The notes under the pieces were generated by a model. That model saw only the letters and a program-made list of their open reading frames with translations. It had not been told where the DNA came from and ran no database searches. DNA of 64,000 nt from Mobula hypostoma (lineage: Eukaryota), in contig NC_086106.1 in assembly GCF_963921235.1 (NCBI RefSeq), positions 34,844,001 through 34,908,000 on the forward strand, read 5' to 3'. This document shows positions 63,963 through 64,000 of this stretch, in pieces (positions within the stretch are counted from its first letter, which is position 1; each line of letters starts with the position of its first letter). The position numbers and the translations under genes were made by a program.

Positions 63963-64000
63963 AAGGATTTTTACCGGGATAAAAATTATAGTCATGAATT

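Noticed and set aside
1-64000. CRISPR arrays, rRNA, tRNA genes, switch-like repeats
   Set aside because: None seen. tRNA similarity is limited to retroelement PBS and SINE heads, and the J-C intron has no tandem AGCT/G-rich array.

Overview
Cartilaginous-fish genomic DNA (probably a ray/batoid; this is inference, not tested). The main feature is one apparently intact germline IgNAR (heavy-chain-only new antigen receptor) cluster on the minus strand, 41708->19985. It comprises an octamer/TATA promoter, a leader exon, one type II VNAR (Cys22, CDR1 Cys29, Trp36, Cys83, no CDR2), three D segments and one J with RSSs obeying the 12/23 rule (V22; 12-D1-23; 12-D2-22; 12-D3-12; 23-J), C1-C5 exons with consistent phase-1 GT/AG junctions, a secretory tail and a transmembrane exon with the CART motif. 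Most notable details: (1) the internal C5 splice donor normally used for the membrane form reads G|TT instead of G|GT, so membrane IgNAR would have to skip C5 or use a weak site; (2) D3 has two heptamers sharing one nonamer at 12- and 23-nt spacing; (3) the secretory tail is IgM-like, with an NVS sequon and a penultimate Cys; (4) all nine forward D frames are open and four encode Cys. The rest is mostly transposon-derived: CR1 LINEs (two near full length), Penelope-like elements, Rex1/L2-like LINEs, V-SINEs, three solo LTRs with exact TSDs, two decayed Gypsy elements (one with a tandem-duplicated 5' end) and a decayed Chapaev3-like transposase. A 139-nt N gap lies about 1 kb upstream of the IgNAR start codon. 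No rRNA, tRNA or CRISPR features were found, and no other host gene could be supported.
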